Of a stretch of 64,000 nt of DNA, positions 20,561 through 29,852 are shown piece by piece. The notes below the pieces were generated by a model. It was given only the letters and a program-made list of their open reading frames with translations. It had not been told where the DNA came from and ran no database searches. The number at the start of each line of letters is the position of its first letter. Within the stretch, counting starts at the first letter, position 1. The translations under genes were made by a program, and so were the position numbers. The stretch is from Vulcanimicrobiota bacterium (GTDB lineage Bacteria; Vulcanimicrobiota; Xenobia; Xenobiales; JADMJV01): contig JBFWNU010000001.1 in the NCBI GenBank assembly GCA_050250895.1, forward strand, positions 1,000,008 through 1,064,007, read 5' to 3'.

Positions 20561-22992
20561 CCCTCGGCCAGCACCGGCAGGGCCACCGTGAAGGTAGCGC
20601 CCTGGCCGGGCACCGACTCGACGCTGAGTTCGCCCTGATGGCCACTCACCAACTGATGGGTCACGGACAAGCCCAGCCCGGTGCCCTTGCCCACTTCTTT
20701 GGTGGTGAAAAAAGGCTCGAAAATCCGGGCCTGGACCTCGGGTGCGATACCCGGACCGCTGTCGCGAACCTGCAACAGGACCCGGCCCTGTCGCTGCCCG
20801 GTGCGAATCTCGATGAGCCCTCCTCCGGCCATGACCGCGTCACGAGCGTTGAGCACCAGGTTGGTAATGACCTGCTGCAGTTCGTTCTTATTGGCCAGCA
20901 CCTGAGGCACCGCCTCGAGCTGGTCACGCACCTCGACACCCTCCTGACGAATCTGGCCCCCCAACAGCTCGAGGGTGTCGCGCACCACTTCGTTGACATC
21001 GACCGGCTTCTTGCCTGGGCCGGCCTCACGCGAGTAATAGAGTAGCTTGGCGATGATCTCCTTGGCATTCTGAGCGGCCTGCTCGGCCGTAGCGAGGCGC
21101 TTGGGGACCTTCTCGAACTTCTCCTTATCGAGGCTGCGCCGGGCCATCTGCAGCTGCAACATGACCGCCGCCAGAGGCGAATTGAGTTCGTGGGCGATGC
21201 CAGCGGCCAGCTGGCCTACGGCAGCCAGCTTGCTTGATTGAATCACCTGGGCCTGGGATTCTTGAATCTGGCGTCGGGCCTCGAGCACATCTTGATAGAG
21301 CTGGCAATTGCGCAAGATGACGGCCGCGTGCACAGCCGTCAGATAGAGCATATCCAGGCCCGCCTGGTCAAAGACCGAAGGCTGACTGTGCACCACCAGC
21401 AAGGCCCCTACCACCGAATCCTCCAGCACCATGGGCACGATCAGCAAGCTGGCGAAGTCCCGGTAAGGTGTTCCGAAACGGGATTCACCCACGTTTTCGA
21501 ACAGTAGCGGTCGCTGGCTCTGGCTGACAGCCTGGCACAACTCGGCGATAGCCTGAGGATTCCAGCCCTCCTGACCCGGCCAGATACGAGTCGGGCGACC
21601 ATCCGGCTCGAGGATAGCGCCGGCCTGATGCACCAGAGTCTCCTCGATCAACAGCTGGAGCCGCTCCAACACGTCCTCTCGTCGCAGTGTGCTGCCCAGG
21701 GCTCGCGAGCCGTTGAGCAGCAGGTCCAGTCGCTGATTCCAGGCGGCCAGCTCCTGATTGGCCGAGGCGTGCAACTCGAGGGCATCTTGCAACTCCTGAT
21801 AGTTGCGGGCCGCCTGCAGAGCCACCGAGGCCTGGTCGGCGATAATGGCCAGCAGATGCCGTTGCTGCTTGGACACCTGTAAGGGCCGCCTATCACCTAG
21901 ATAAAGAACGCCCTGTTGATAGATGGGCAGGGCCACCGCCCAGGCCTCGCCCTCGAGCAGACGCGGTCGCGACAGATGCTCGGCCCGGCCCTCGATGATC
22001 AGCCCCCGCTGCCAGCATTCATCGACCACCGGCTCGCTCAACTTGAGCAACGAATAGTCACGCAGTCGGTCCTCGCGAGGGCTGTGATAGCAGACCGGAA
22101 CCGGACCCAATCCCTGATTGAGGAAGATGGCGACCGTTTGACAGCCGAGCGTGCGCCGCACCATCTCGACGGTGGTGTTCAACACGCCCTGAACCTCGAG
22201 GCTACGGGCGAACAGATGCGAGAGCTCTTCCATGAGCACCCGTTCCTCGACCTTGTGGGCCAGGGCGTCCTGGTTCTCTTCTAGCCTGGCCTTGACTTGC
22301 TCGAGCTTGCGCTTGTCTTCCTTCTGCTCGCGCTCCATCACCGCCATGCGTCGAGTCTCGCGCACCTGGAGGGCCTGGGCAGCCACGAAGTGGAAGACGG
22401 AAAAAAGCGGCAGGGTCCAGAGAAAATTGACCAGGCCCCCACCCAGAAAGAGGGCCAGCGCGACTCCCGTCACCACCTCGCCCAGGGCCAACTGCAAGCG
22501 GACAGGCCCATAGGCGGCCAACTCCTTGAGGTCAAACCCTTCATCCTCGATCGCTAGTAGACTCGGCACCAGGCGGGTCGTGCCGAGGTAGACCAGTCCG
22601 GCTCCCAGACCCGCCCAGGCCCCCAGCGCAGCGGTGGTCATCAGGGTCACCACCACCAGGGCGGCCAGGGCCGGAAAGATATCGGCCACCGATTCACGCC
22701 AGATCGCCGCGGCCCGCGGCCCGCCTCGCCCTAGAGCTCGTCCCCCCACCCCTACCACCACCAGCGCGGTGGCGGCGGCCGCGCCCTGGGTCAAAGCCGT
22801 GGCAAGATAGGCTGCGAACGCAGTGCTCAGAAAGCCGAAACAGGGCGTGCGCACCGCCGTCAGCTCGAGCGTCAACGCCAGGGCCACCAGGACCACCAGA
22901 TCCACCCCGCCGCTGGGGTGCTCTGACAGACAAAAGCACAGCACCGCCAGGGCTATACTTAAGAAAGTGAAGAACCCCAGACGGGGAGTCAC
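20557..22992 (-). CDS. Membrane histidine kinase with two GAF domains
   Basis: Multi-TM N-terminus, two GAF-like repeats, AGIAHELNSP, NLVLNA and FEPFFTTK...GTGLGL. Confidence 0.93.
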   Translation of the reverse strand: MTPRLGFFTFLSIALAVLCFCLSEHPSGGVDLVVLVALALTLELTAVRTPCFGFLSTAFAAYLATALTQGAAAATALVVVGVGGRALGRGGPRAAAIWRESVADIFPALAALVVVTLMTTAALGAWAGLGAGLVYLGTTRLVPSLLAIEDEGFDLKELAAYGPVRLQLALGEVVTGVALALFLGGGLVNFLWTLPLFSVFHFVAAQALQVRETRRMAVMEREQKEDKRKLEQVKARLEENQDALAHKVEERVLMEELSHLFARSLEVQGVLNTTVEMVRRTLGCQTVAIFLNQGLGPVPVCYHSPREDRLRDYSLLKLSEPVVDECWQRGLIIEGRAEHLSRPRLLEGEAWAVALPIYQQGVLYLGDRRPLQVSKQQRHLLAIIADQASVALQAARNYQELQDALELHASANQELAAWNQRLDLLLNGSRALGSTLRREDVLERLQLLIEETLVHQAGAILEPDGRPTRIWPGQEGWNPQAIAELCQAVSQSQRPLLFENVGESRFGTPYRDFASLLIVPMVLEDSVVGALLVVHSQPSVFDQAGLDMLYLTAVHAAVILRNCQLYQDVLEARRQIQESQAQVIQSSKLAAVGQLAAGIAHELNSPLAAVMLQLQMARRSLDKEKFEKVPKRLATAEQAAQNAKEIIAKLLYYSREAGPGKKPVDVNEVVRDTLELLGGQIRQEGVEVRDQLEAVPQVLANKNELQQVITNLVLNARDAVMAGGGLIEIRTGQRQGRVLLQVRDSGPGIAPEVQARIFEPFFTTKEVGKGTGLGLSVTHQLVSGHQGELSVESVPGQGATFTVALPVLAEG

Positions 22993-23879
22993 GAGGCAGG
23001 CTCTCGCCAGATGCGGTTGTAAAGTTGCTCGAGGGCGGGCGAGTGCTCGCGCAAAGCCACACTGCGAGCATACAAGAAGGCGGCCAGCTTGAGCTGCTCG
23101 GGCGAGACGACCGAGTTGAGTACGTTGCGATAAAGACAGGCAAAGTCGTTGGGAGCCACCTGGCTGGATTTGACCACCGCGTACATGTCCGTGTTCGAAA
23201 GGGCCTGGATGAACTCGGTGACTTGCTGGTATCCGCCCGCCAGCTGGCTGAACTCGCTACCCGTGGTAGCACTGTTTTGCAACAGCCCTTCGCGCTTGAC
23301 CTCGAGGATGTGGACCTTTTCCCAACTGGCCCGAGCCTGGTCGGGTCCCAGGAGGCGCGAGCGCACCCCGACGTAAAAACAGCGGAACGCCTCTTCGCGT
23401 TGGGTCTCGAGCGAGTTTTGCCCGGTGCGCGCCGCCGCCTGGGTCACCGCCTCGACCATCTTGCGCGCACCGGCTTTGACCTTGTCGAACAGCTGAGAAT
23501 AACGGCTGCGTTCTTGCTCGGCCGAGAGCACCCGCTCGACAGCCGCGAGAAAGTCGTCAAGAGAGAACGGCTTATGAAGGTAGTCCTCGGCCTGCACCTT
23601 CATGGCCCGGGTGGGCGCGTCCTGACTAGCATAACCGGTAATCACGATGGAGCGGGCATTGGGCTGCAGAGCCTTGAGGCAACCCAGGCACTCGATGCCA
23701 TCCATCCCTTCCATGCGCACGTCAGCCACCATCAAGTCAAAGCGATGCATCCGAGCCAACTCGAGGGCAGCTTTGCTGCTGGGGGCGGCGAAGACGGTGT
23801 AGTCTTCCTCCTCAAGGGCTTCTTCGAGAGTTGCCCGCAGAATGTCGTCGTCTTCGAGGACCAGGATTCGATGTGCCAC
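22989..23879 (-). CDS. Response regulator (REC + unknown C-terminal domain)
   Basis: LEDD, ADVRMEG.DG and KPF; 4-bp overlap with the kinase. Confidence 0.88.
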   Translation of the reverse strand: MAHRILVLEDDDILRATLEEALEEEDYTVFAAPSSKAALELARMHRFDLMVADVRMEGMDGIECLGCLKALQPNARSIVITGYASQDAPTRAMKVQAEDYLHKPFSLDDFLAAVERVLSAEQERSRYSQLFDKVKAGARKMVEAVTQAAARTGQNSLETQREEAFRCFYVGVRSRLLGPDQARASWEKVHILEVKREGLLQNSATTGSEFSQLAGGYQQVTEFIQALSNTDMYAVVKSSQVAPNDFACLYRNVLNSVVSPEQLKLAAFLYARSVALREHSPALEQLYNRIWREPAS

Positions 23880-24022
23880 GCTGGCAAGTTCTCATCGGCC
23901 GGCCCCCGTCCCTCCGCTGCAGGACGGTTACAATCTGTTTACATTCGCCAGTCAAAAGGCAGCCGCCGATCAGATGGGGTTGATATTCTCAGCTTAGAAA
24001 TCGATCTGGAGGGTATCGAAAG

Positions 24023-24763
24023 ATGTGCTACGCCAATCTTAGCTTAAATCTCAACTTCGGCTTCGGCCCCGGTGGCTGCGTCACGCCGCCCCACCACCAC
24101 GGTCCCCACCATCATCATCACGGTTCTCAAGGTCCCCATCACCACCATCCCGGACCCCACGGTCCCCATCACCACCATCCCGGACCCCACGGTCCCCATC
24201 ACCACCATCCCGGACCCCACGGTCCCCATCACCACCACAGCGGCAATCTCAGCGACGCGGTGGTGGGCCACAAGCCTGGTTTCTTCGGCTGCCGCGATAC
24301 GAAGGGCTACGGCCTCGACCTCAACAACAACGGCCGCTATGACGCCGGCCGTGACGGAGTGCTCGGTTTTGACTTCAATCGCAACGGCCAGATCGACCGT
24401 AAGGAGATCGAGCGCTCTCGCGAAGCCCTGAAGGCCTTCGGCGGCAACTATGACCTCAACGGCGACGGCCGCACTTCGCTGTGCGAAAAGATGCGCGGCA
24501 ACTCTCTGCAGAAACGCATGCAGGGCATCGACACCAATCATGACGGCCGCTTGAGCGCCGGTGAAATCGCCAGCGGTGGAGGACGCGTGCTAGTCGACCA
24601 GAACCGCGACGGCAACTTCTCGCCCAACGAGTCCTTCAGCCCGTTCAACATTCCGACCCCCGGCTTCGGTCGCGGTCGACTAGACTTCGTCGATCCGCAA
24701 TACAATCACAACCAGGTAAGCCACGGTTGGTCCTGGGGCCACCCGCCCTACTTCGGTTGCTAG
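24023..24763 (+). CDS. His/Pro/Gly-repeat protein with multiple EF-hand-like Dx[DN]xDG loops
   Basis: GPHHHHPGPH repeats; DLNNNG, DFNRNG, DLNGDG, DTNHDG and DQNRDG; GGAGG RBS. Confidence 0.8.
   Translation: MCYANLSLNLNFGFGPGGCVTPPHHHGPHHHHHGSQGPHHHHPGPHGPHHHHPGPHGPHHHHPGPHGPHHHHSGNLSDAVVGHKPGFFGCRDTKGYGLDLNNNGRYDAGRDGVLGFDFNRNGQIDRKEIERSREALKAFGGNYDLNGDGRTSLCEKMRGNSLQKRMQGIDTNHDGRLSAGEIASGGGRVLVDQNRDGNFSPNESFSPFNIPTPGFGRGRLDFVDPQYNHNQVSHGWSWGHPPYFGC
24101..24237 (+). repeat. 30-bp intragenic tandem repeat
   Basis: GGTCCCCATCACCACCATCCCGGACCCCAC perfect at 24131, 24161 and 24191; partial at 24221; degenerate at 24101. Confidence 0.95.
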
Positions 24764-24772
24764 TCCAGACAC

Positions 24773-24792
24773 GCCCCGGCAGCCGCCGGGGC
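24773..24792 (+). terminator. GC-rich hairpin after the His-repeat gene
   Basis: GCCCCGGC-AGCC-GCCGGGGC with only a weak U-tract. Confidence 0.5.
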
Positions 24793-24840
24793 ACTGTCTG
24801 CTTCTAGGGGCGAGCGCGGCCCGCAGCGAAGGGGCTCGTA

Positions 24841-26172
24841 ATGGAAGTCATACACCTTCCCCCCGGCATGGTGGGTTATCTCAATTGCCTGTGGTGGGGC
24901 GAGAGCGACCAGACGGAGCAGCAAGAGGAGTTTCGCGCCCTCTGGCAGGCAACCAGGGCCTGGTTCGAGTTCAATTCAGCCTACTGCCTCGACGAGGGCG
25001 AGAGTCGTGATTTCGAGAACTTCGAAGTGGTCTGGCAAGAAGTGATCGCCGAACTCGACCAACGCGAGCCCAGCCTGGAGCGACTGGTCCCGCCCCTGTA
25101 TCAGGCGATTAGACTCATGAACCAGATTAATCGCCACCGCCAGACCCCTCACTTCTCTTCCCTGGCCGCCGTCAACGAAGTTCTCATGGCCGGCGCGGCC
25201 CTGGCCTCCGGGCGAGGGCAGCCCCGCGCGCTGGCTGAGCGTCTGCCCCTGGCCCAGGAGTATCTCGGCAATCTCAAGGCCATGCTCGCAGCTCGCCGGG
25301 AACGCATTCCGGCCGAGGCCCTGGCCGAACTCGAGAAGGGCTTTGGTTGGTGTGATCAAGCCCTCAAGAGCCTGACTGCCGCCCGCGTCAAAGAAGGACT
25401 CGAGCTGCTCAAGGCCGGCGCCAGCCTGGTCGAGTTTCTGGTCGATTGGGACATCCAGGCTCAGCAGCAGTTTCGCCAGCGCTACTCACGCTTCAACATC
25501 CCGCTCATCGGGCCAGACCTTGAACTGGGCCTCGAGAGCGCCAGAGACGGTGAGCGAAGGCGTTGGGCTCGGGGGGTGCGCCACACCCTCAACGACCTGG
25601 TTCCTCGCCTGGAAGAATTCTGGGAAATGACCGGTAACTGCCTGTTACTGCCGGCCGACTCTCGAGTCGAACTGGTCACCGAAGCCAGCGTCATGATCGA
25701 AGAACTCAAGGCCGCTTTGGCCAACCTGACCGACCAGGAAGTAGCCGCGGAAGAGGCCCTGGCGGGTTACGAGCAGGCCCTGGAAGCCTGTTCGGAAGTG
25801 TTTACGGCCGTGCAAGCGGCCGCTTTACGCGGCGAGCACCTGCGAGGCTCCCTGGCCGGAACCTACCACGAACTCTTGCGCGGGGTGTTGGCCGGCAGCG
25901 TGCCCGATGCGGCGGTAGCCGAACTGCTCGACACCGCTCCTCCCGAGCCGGGTTGGAAGGTAGCCCCACATCTTGAGGCCTACCTGGAGGGAGGCCCCGA
26001 AGAGTGTCTTCTCGAGGCAGCTACTGCCTTGCACCAGGCCAATCCCAAACCCGAGACGGCCAACCAACCGAGCTGGCGAGAATGCGTCTATTGCGGTCAT
26101 CAAAATCCGTTGCAGGAAGCCTTCTGCCAATCGTGCCAGGGCTTGCTGGTGAGCCTGGCTCAACTGGCCTAA
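24841..26172 (+). CDS. Hypothetical helical protein with C-terminal zinc ribbon
   Basis: 443-aa ORF ending CVYC-x10-CQSC. Confidence 0.7.
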   Translation: MEVIHLPPGMVGYLNCLWWGESDQTEQQEEFRALWQATRAWFEFNSAYCLDEGESRDFENFEVVWQEVIAELDQREPSLERLVPPLYQAIRLMNQINRHRQTPHFSSLAAVNEVLMAGAALASGRGQPRALAERLPLAQEYLGNLKAMLAARRERIPAEALAELEKGFGWCDQALKSLTAARVKEGLELLKAGASLVEFLVDWDIQAQQQFRQRYSRFNIPLIGPDLELGLESARDGERRRWARGVRHTLNDLVPRLEEFWEMTGNCLLLPADSRVELVTEASVMIEELKAALANLTDQEVAAEEALAGYEQALEACSEVFTAVQAAALRGEHLRGSLAGTYHELLRGVLAGSVPDAAVAELLDTAPPEPGWKVAPHLEAYLEGGPEECLLEAATALHQANPKPETANQPSWRECVYCGHQNPLQEAFCQSCQGLLVSLAQLA

Positions 26173-26987
26173 GCGCGCCCGCGCCGGCCGTAATGGCGGG
26201 CCCACTCGCGGCGGGCAACCCGGGTCAACAAAGGACGCTCGAGCATGGAATAGGCCTCTTCGTAAAGCTCGAGGGCCAACTGAAACCAGTGATTGCGCTC
26301 GCCCAGCCACCAGTTCAGGTCGCGAGCCAGAGCCAGGGCGGCCCCGGGGGCGCCGACTTTGACGGCCCCGCGGCCCGCATTACGAATCTTGTCGTAGTCA
26401 CGATTCTCGATCAAGAGGCGACGGAATTCGTGGTGCATCAGGCTCAGAGGAGCGGGCTCTTCAGGAACCACCAGGCCTAGCTGGTCGGCTGTCCAGTAAG
26501 CCGACTGAGAACGCCGCCGGGTCTGCAACTCTTCGAGATCCTGGGCCGGCTGACCCCAGCCCAACTGGTCAAGCCACTCACAGCGAGAGCCACTCTCTTC
26601 CGTCAGGCGGGCGAAGAAGCCCTGGAGAGTCTCCGACACCACCCCGCAACTCTCGCAATCTTCGATCGCCAGGCGGCCGACGAATAGCTCTTCACCTTGA
26701 TAACGGTCGGGATCGTCGACTACGAACCCATAGTAGTGGGGCTCGCGACCCGAGCGCAGAGCAAAGGGAAAAAACTCTGGTGGCATCTGCGGCTCTCGCA
26801 ACGATACCGGAGAGCCGCCGAGAAACGGAAACAGCGGCCCGCCTAGTTCGAGGCCCAGAAGTGCGAAGGCCAGGTGGGGAGCCCTCGGATTCTGCTCTAA
26901 GGCCGCCTTGACCAACGTCACAAATGCATCTGGCACCCGAAATCCGAACGCGTCGGTCAGATTTTCAACATTAGGCTCGAGTTCCAT
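26169..26987 (-). CDS. HPF1/DUF2228-like protein
   Basis: FGFxxPDxF, LxLxGP, PPEF, HYYGFxxDDP, GxPGxALxLxRDL and AYxxLxRxxL in the family's order. Confidence 0.6.
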   Translation of the reverse strand: MELEPNVENLTDAFGFRVPDAFVTLVKAALEQNPRAPHLAFALLGLELGGPLFPFLGGSPVSLREPQMPPEFFPFALRSGREPHYYGFVVDDPDRYQGEELFVGRLAIEDCESCGVVSETLQGFFARLTEESGSRCEWLDQLGWGQPAQDLEELQTRRRSQSAYWTADQLGLVVPEEPAPLSLMHHEFRRLLIENRDYDKIRNAGRGAVKVGAPGAALALARDLNWWLGERNHWFQLALELYEEAYSMLERPLLTRVARREWARHYGRRGRA

Positions 26988-27026
26988 CGCCGGTGACTTC
27001 GACGCCGCCAGCGATTGCGCCTGTTG

Positions 27027-27485
27027 CTATCGACCCGTCGAGCCTAAACCGCCCCGCTCGGTGGGAGTCACCCGGCCGACCTCCAGGTCCACCGTGTAAA
27101 CCTTGTCGATCTTCATCTGGGCGATGCGATCGCCGGGCTCGATGGTGAAGACCGAGCCCGACAGATTGTGGATCAGGACCTTGAGATTCTGCCGGTAGAG
27201 ATGGTCGATGGTGCCCTGGTGCACCACGATGCCGCGGCTGGCCAGACCGCTGCGTCCGCGAATCTGAGCCTCCCAGCCGGGCTCGAGTTCGATAGCCAGA
27301 CCCAAATCGATGGCCTGAGTGGCCCCCACCGCGATCCGCAGAGCGTTGGGGGAGGCCAGATCAAAGCAAGCGTCTGAAGAGTTGGCCTTATTCGGAGCGA
27401 TAGCCCGGGGATGGCGCAATTCAACCACCAGGCGAGTGTCGGTATTCACGAGTGTATCCATGCCCTCGAGTTGAAGAAAACTCAT
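27027..27485 (-). CDS. dut: Trimeric dUTPase
   Basis: ACFDL, RSGLA, GTIDxxYR, GDRIAQ and GGLGSTG; the true start may be the internal Met (MDTL). Confidence 0.93.
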   Translation of the reverse strand: MSFLQLEGMDTLVNTDTRLVVELRHPRAIAPNKANSSDACFDLASPNALRIAVGATQAIDLGLAIELEPGWEAQIRGRSGLASRGIVVHQGTIDHLYRQNLKVLIHNLSGSVFTIEPGDRIAQMKIDKVYTVDLEVGRVTPTERGGLGSTGR

Positions 27486-27521
27486 CGAAACTCCCGCCGA
27501 ACACGGAAACTTCTCTGGTCC

Positions 27522-29852
27522 CTACCGCCCAACCTTATCGAGACCGGCCCGCAGCAAGCCCACCAGGTTGCCCTGACCCCAGTCCCCCCGCACCAGGCGA
27601 TAGCAAAACACCTGAGCCATTCGCAAAATCTGGCGACGACGCGGCTCACCCACCTCGTCGGCCAAACGGCGCAACCGTTCTGGCAGCTCGGGTGGAAACG
27701 GCCAGGGGCAACGCGAGGCCAGCATCTCGATGGGCGACTCACTCTCATAGGCCGCGGGGTGGTTGCGAAGCAGGCCCCAGACCGCTCCCAGAGCCTGATC
27801 GACACTGCGCCCTCCTTTGAGGATGGCCAGATCCACCAGCAAACACAATTTCTCGGGATGGCGCGCAGGCAAACTCAATAGCAGCTGGCTGATGAGTTGC
27901 TCGGCCCGCTCATGCCGCCCCAACTCGATCAGTGCCTCGGCCTCCCAGCGATGCTCTTGTCCGCTCTTTTCGTTAGCCTCATGAAAGGCCTGACTGACCG
28001 CTGGCTCCAGGCTGGTGAGAGCCATCTTCAAGCGGACCGTCTCGAGTTCGCGACCTGAGTCCAGAGCCGCCAATCGAGCGGCCCGCCGCAAGTATTCGAG
28101 GGGCAGGGCGCGGGCCCGGGCAATCTTCCACCACAGCCCGGTGGGCTCAGGGTGATTGCCCAGCACCAGGGCCTGGCGGTAATGCCCGACCGCAGCACTC
28201 GCGTCCGGCAACTCTTCCGGCTTGGCCAGAGCTCCCACCTGGCCGGTCCGTGAGAAAATGGTCAAAGCTTTGAGGCGGCTCCAGAGCTTTTGCCGAGCCT
28301 CGAGATAGATACTATCCCCAAGCAGCTCCGAGGAACGTCCGCTCAACTCGCGGGCGGCCAATAACCGGCTCATTTTTCGTTGGGGACTGTGGCGCAGATG
28401 CGCCAGCCCCACCAGCGCGTAGAGCGCCGGCAAAGCGTCACGGTGCAACTCTTCTAACTGCTCGAACCACTCGGGCTCGCCGCGCTCGAAGTCCAGCACA
28501 CTATAATACGGATAACTCACGAAAGCCGGCCGGGGCACCCGCAAAGCCGACATCAAGGCGTGATAGTAGTAATACTCGGCCTCTACCAGACCACCACGAC
28601 GGGCGAAACTGTCGCCCAAGCGCATCAAGATGGGTAGATGCAGCAGGCTATCGCGGCCAACGGCCTGTTCGAGCGCCGTCTGCAGCCCGTTCATCGCCGC
28701 GTCATCCTCCACCTGGGCCAGGCGTGCGACCACGCGATAGAAGTCCGAAGTCGCCATGCTCGAGCCGTGCTTTCTGGCCAGGCTCGAAAGCCTGAGCGAG
28801 ACCTCTTCGTGACGGTCCAGGGTCACCAGGAGTTCGAGCGACTGCATCAGCAGCCCCATGTTGTCGGGCTCGAACTCGAGGGCTTTCTCGGCCAGACTCA
28901 GGGCTTGACGAGGTGCGGCGGCCTGCAGTTGGCCGGCCAGCTCGATCAGCGAAGGCACCAGACTCTCCACCAGGCGATTCGGCAAGGCCACCAGGCCGGC
29001 CACCAACTCGCCCAAAAAGCGTCGGGCCGCCTTCTCGAGTGCCTGGCTCAAAGGCACCACCCAGTCTCCCGCCCCCAGCTCGAAAGAGAGACTGCGAGGG
29101 AGCGAATCGGCCCAGACCAGCGCCCACATTCCGGCCGGCAACTCAAAGCCGACCGTATAGCCCATTCCCCCCACGACCACCGTCCCGACCGCCAGCCCCT
29201 CCGGACGGGGACCAGCCACCAGCAGTCCGGCATAGCCAAGACCCCACTCCTCGCGCAGCCGTCGAGGCACCTCGCTCAAGTCGAGAGGGACCACCCCGAA
29301 TTCGACCACAGCGTGGTCGGGGCCGAGCTTCCAGGCGGGGTTCAGGAGCTCCCCGTCGACCACCAGCTCTAAAGGAGCCAGGCTGCAGATCTCGCGCAAG
29401 AACTGAGCGTAGCGGCCTTTCTGACGCCAGCTGAAACGGTTGCGTCGCTTGGCCGGCGGACACTCCTCGACCACCGCCTGGCCGTTCTTCCAGACCAGGC
29501 GCAACCCCTCACCAGACTCATAGGTCGCTCCGCAGGAGCGCAAATAGTGGTGAGCCAGGGCCAGGTGGCCCAGCTCTGGGGCCGAGGCCCCGCCCACATA
29601 GAGTAGAAGATTCTCGAGCTGCAATCGATCCGGGCTCTGGCCATCGTGCTCGAACACCCCACCACCCGAGAATTCAGCTCGGTGAGCACCCGCCCCGATA
29701 GCCCAGGAGAGTAAGGTGAAGACGACCTGTTCGGGGTGAGCATACTGGTGCTTGGAGAGCACCTCCAGGGCCCTCTCGGGATTGACGGTGAAGGTGCCGC
29801 TCGAATCGAGGCGACCCTGCGAGCGCAGGTAATCGAGGGGGTCTTCGCTCAA
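27522..29852 (-). CDS. Large hypothetical protein: degenerate GHKL/HSP90-like N-terminus + TPR-like helices
   Basis: DSSGTFTVN...QYxxP and HDG; start set at TTG 29852 (TTGA overlap, GGAGG RBS). Confidence 0.6.
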   Translation of the reverse strand: MSEDPLDYLRSQGRLDSSGTFTVNPERALEVLSKHQYAHPEQVVFTLLSWAIGAGAHRAEFSGGGVFEHDGQSPDRLQLENLLLYVGGASAPELGHLALAHHYLRSCGATYESGEGLRLVWKNGQAVVEECPPAKRRNRFSWRQKGRYAQFLREICSLAPLELVVDGELLNPAWKLGPDHAVVEFGVVPLDLSEVPRRLREEWGLGYAGLLVAGPRPEGLAVGTVVVGGMGYTVGFELPAGMWALVWADSLPRSLSFELGAGDWVVPLSQALEKAARRFLGELVAGLVALPNRLVESLVPSLIELAGQLQAAAPRQALSLAEKALEFEPDNMGLLMQSLELLVTLDRHEEVSLRLSSLARKHGSSMATSDFYRVVARLAQVEDDAAMNGLQTALEQAVGRDSLLHLPILMRLGDSFARRGGLVEAEYYYYHALMSALRVPRPAFVSYPYYSVLDFERGEPEWFEQLEELHRDALPALYALVGLAHLRHSPQRKMSRLLAARELSGRSSELLGDSIYLEARQKLWSRLKALTIFSRTGQVGALAKPEELPDASAAVGHYRQALVLGNHPEPTGLWWKIARARALPLEYLRRAARLAALDSGRELETVRLKMALTSLEPAVSQAFHEANEKSGQEHRWEAEALIELGRHERAEQLISQLLLSLPARHPEKLCLLVDLAILKGGRSVDQALGAVWGLLRNHPAAYESESPIEMLASRCPWPFPPELPERLRRLADEVGEPRRRQILRMAQVFCYRLVRGDWGQGNLVGLLRAGLDKVGR

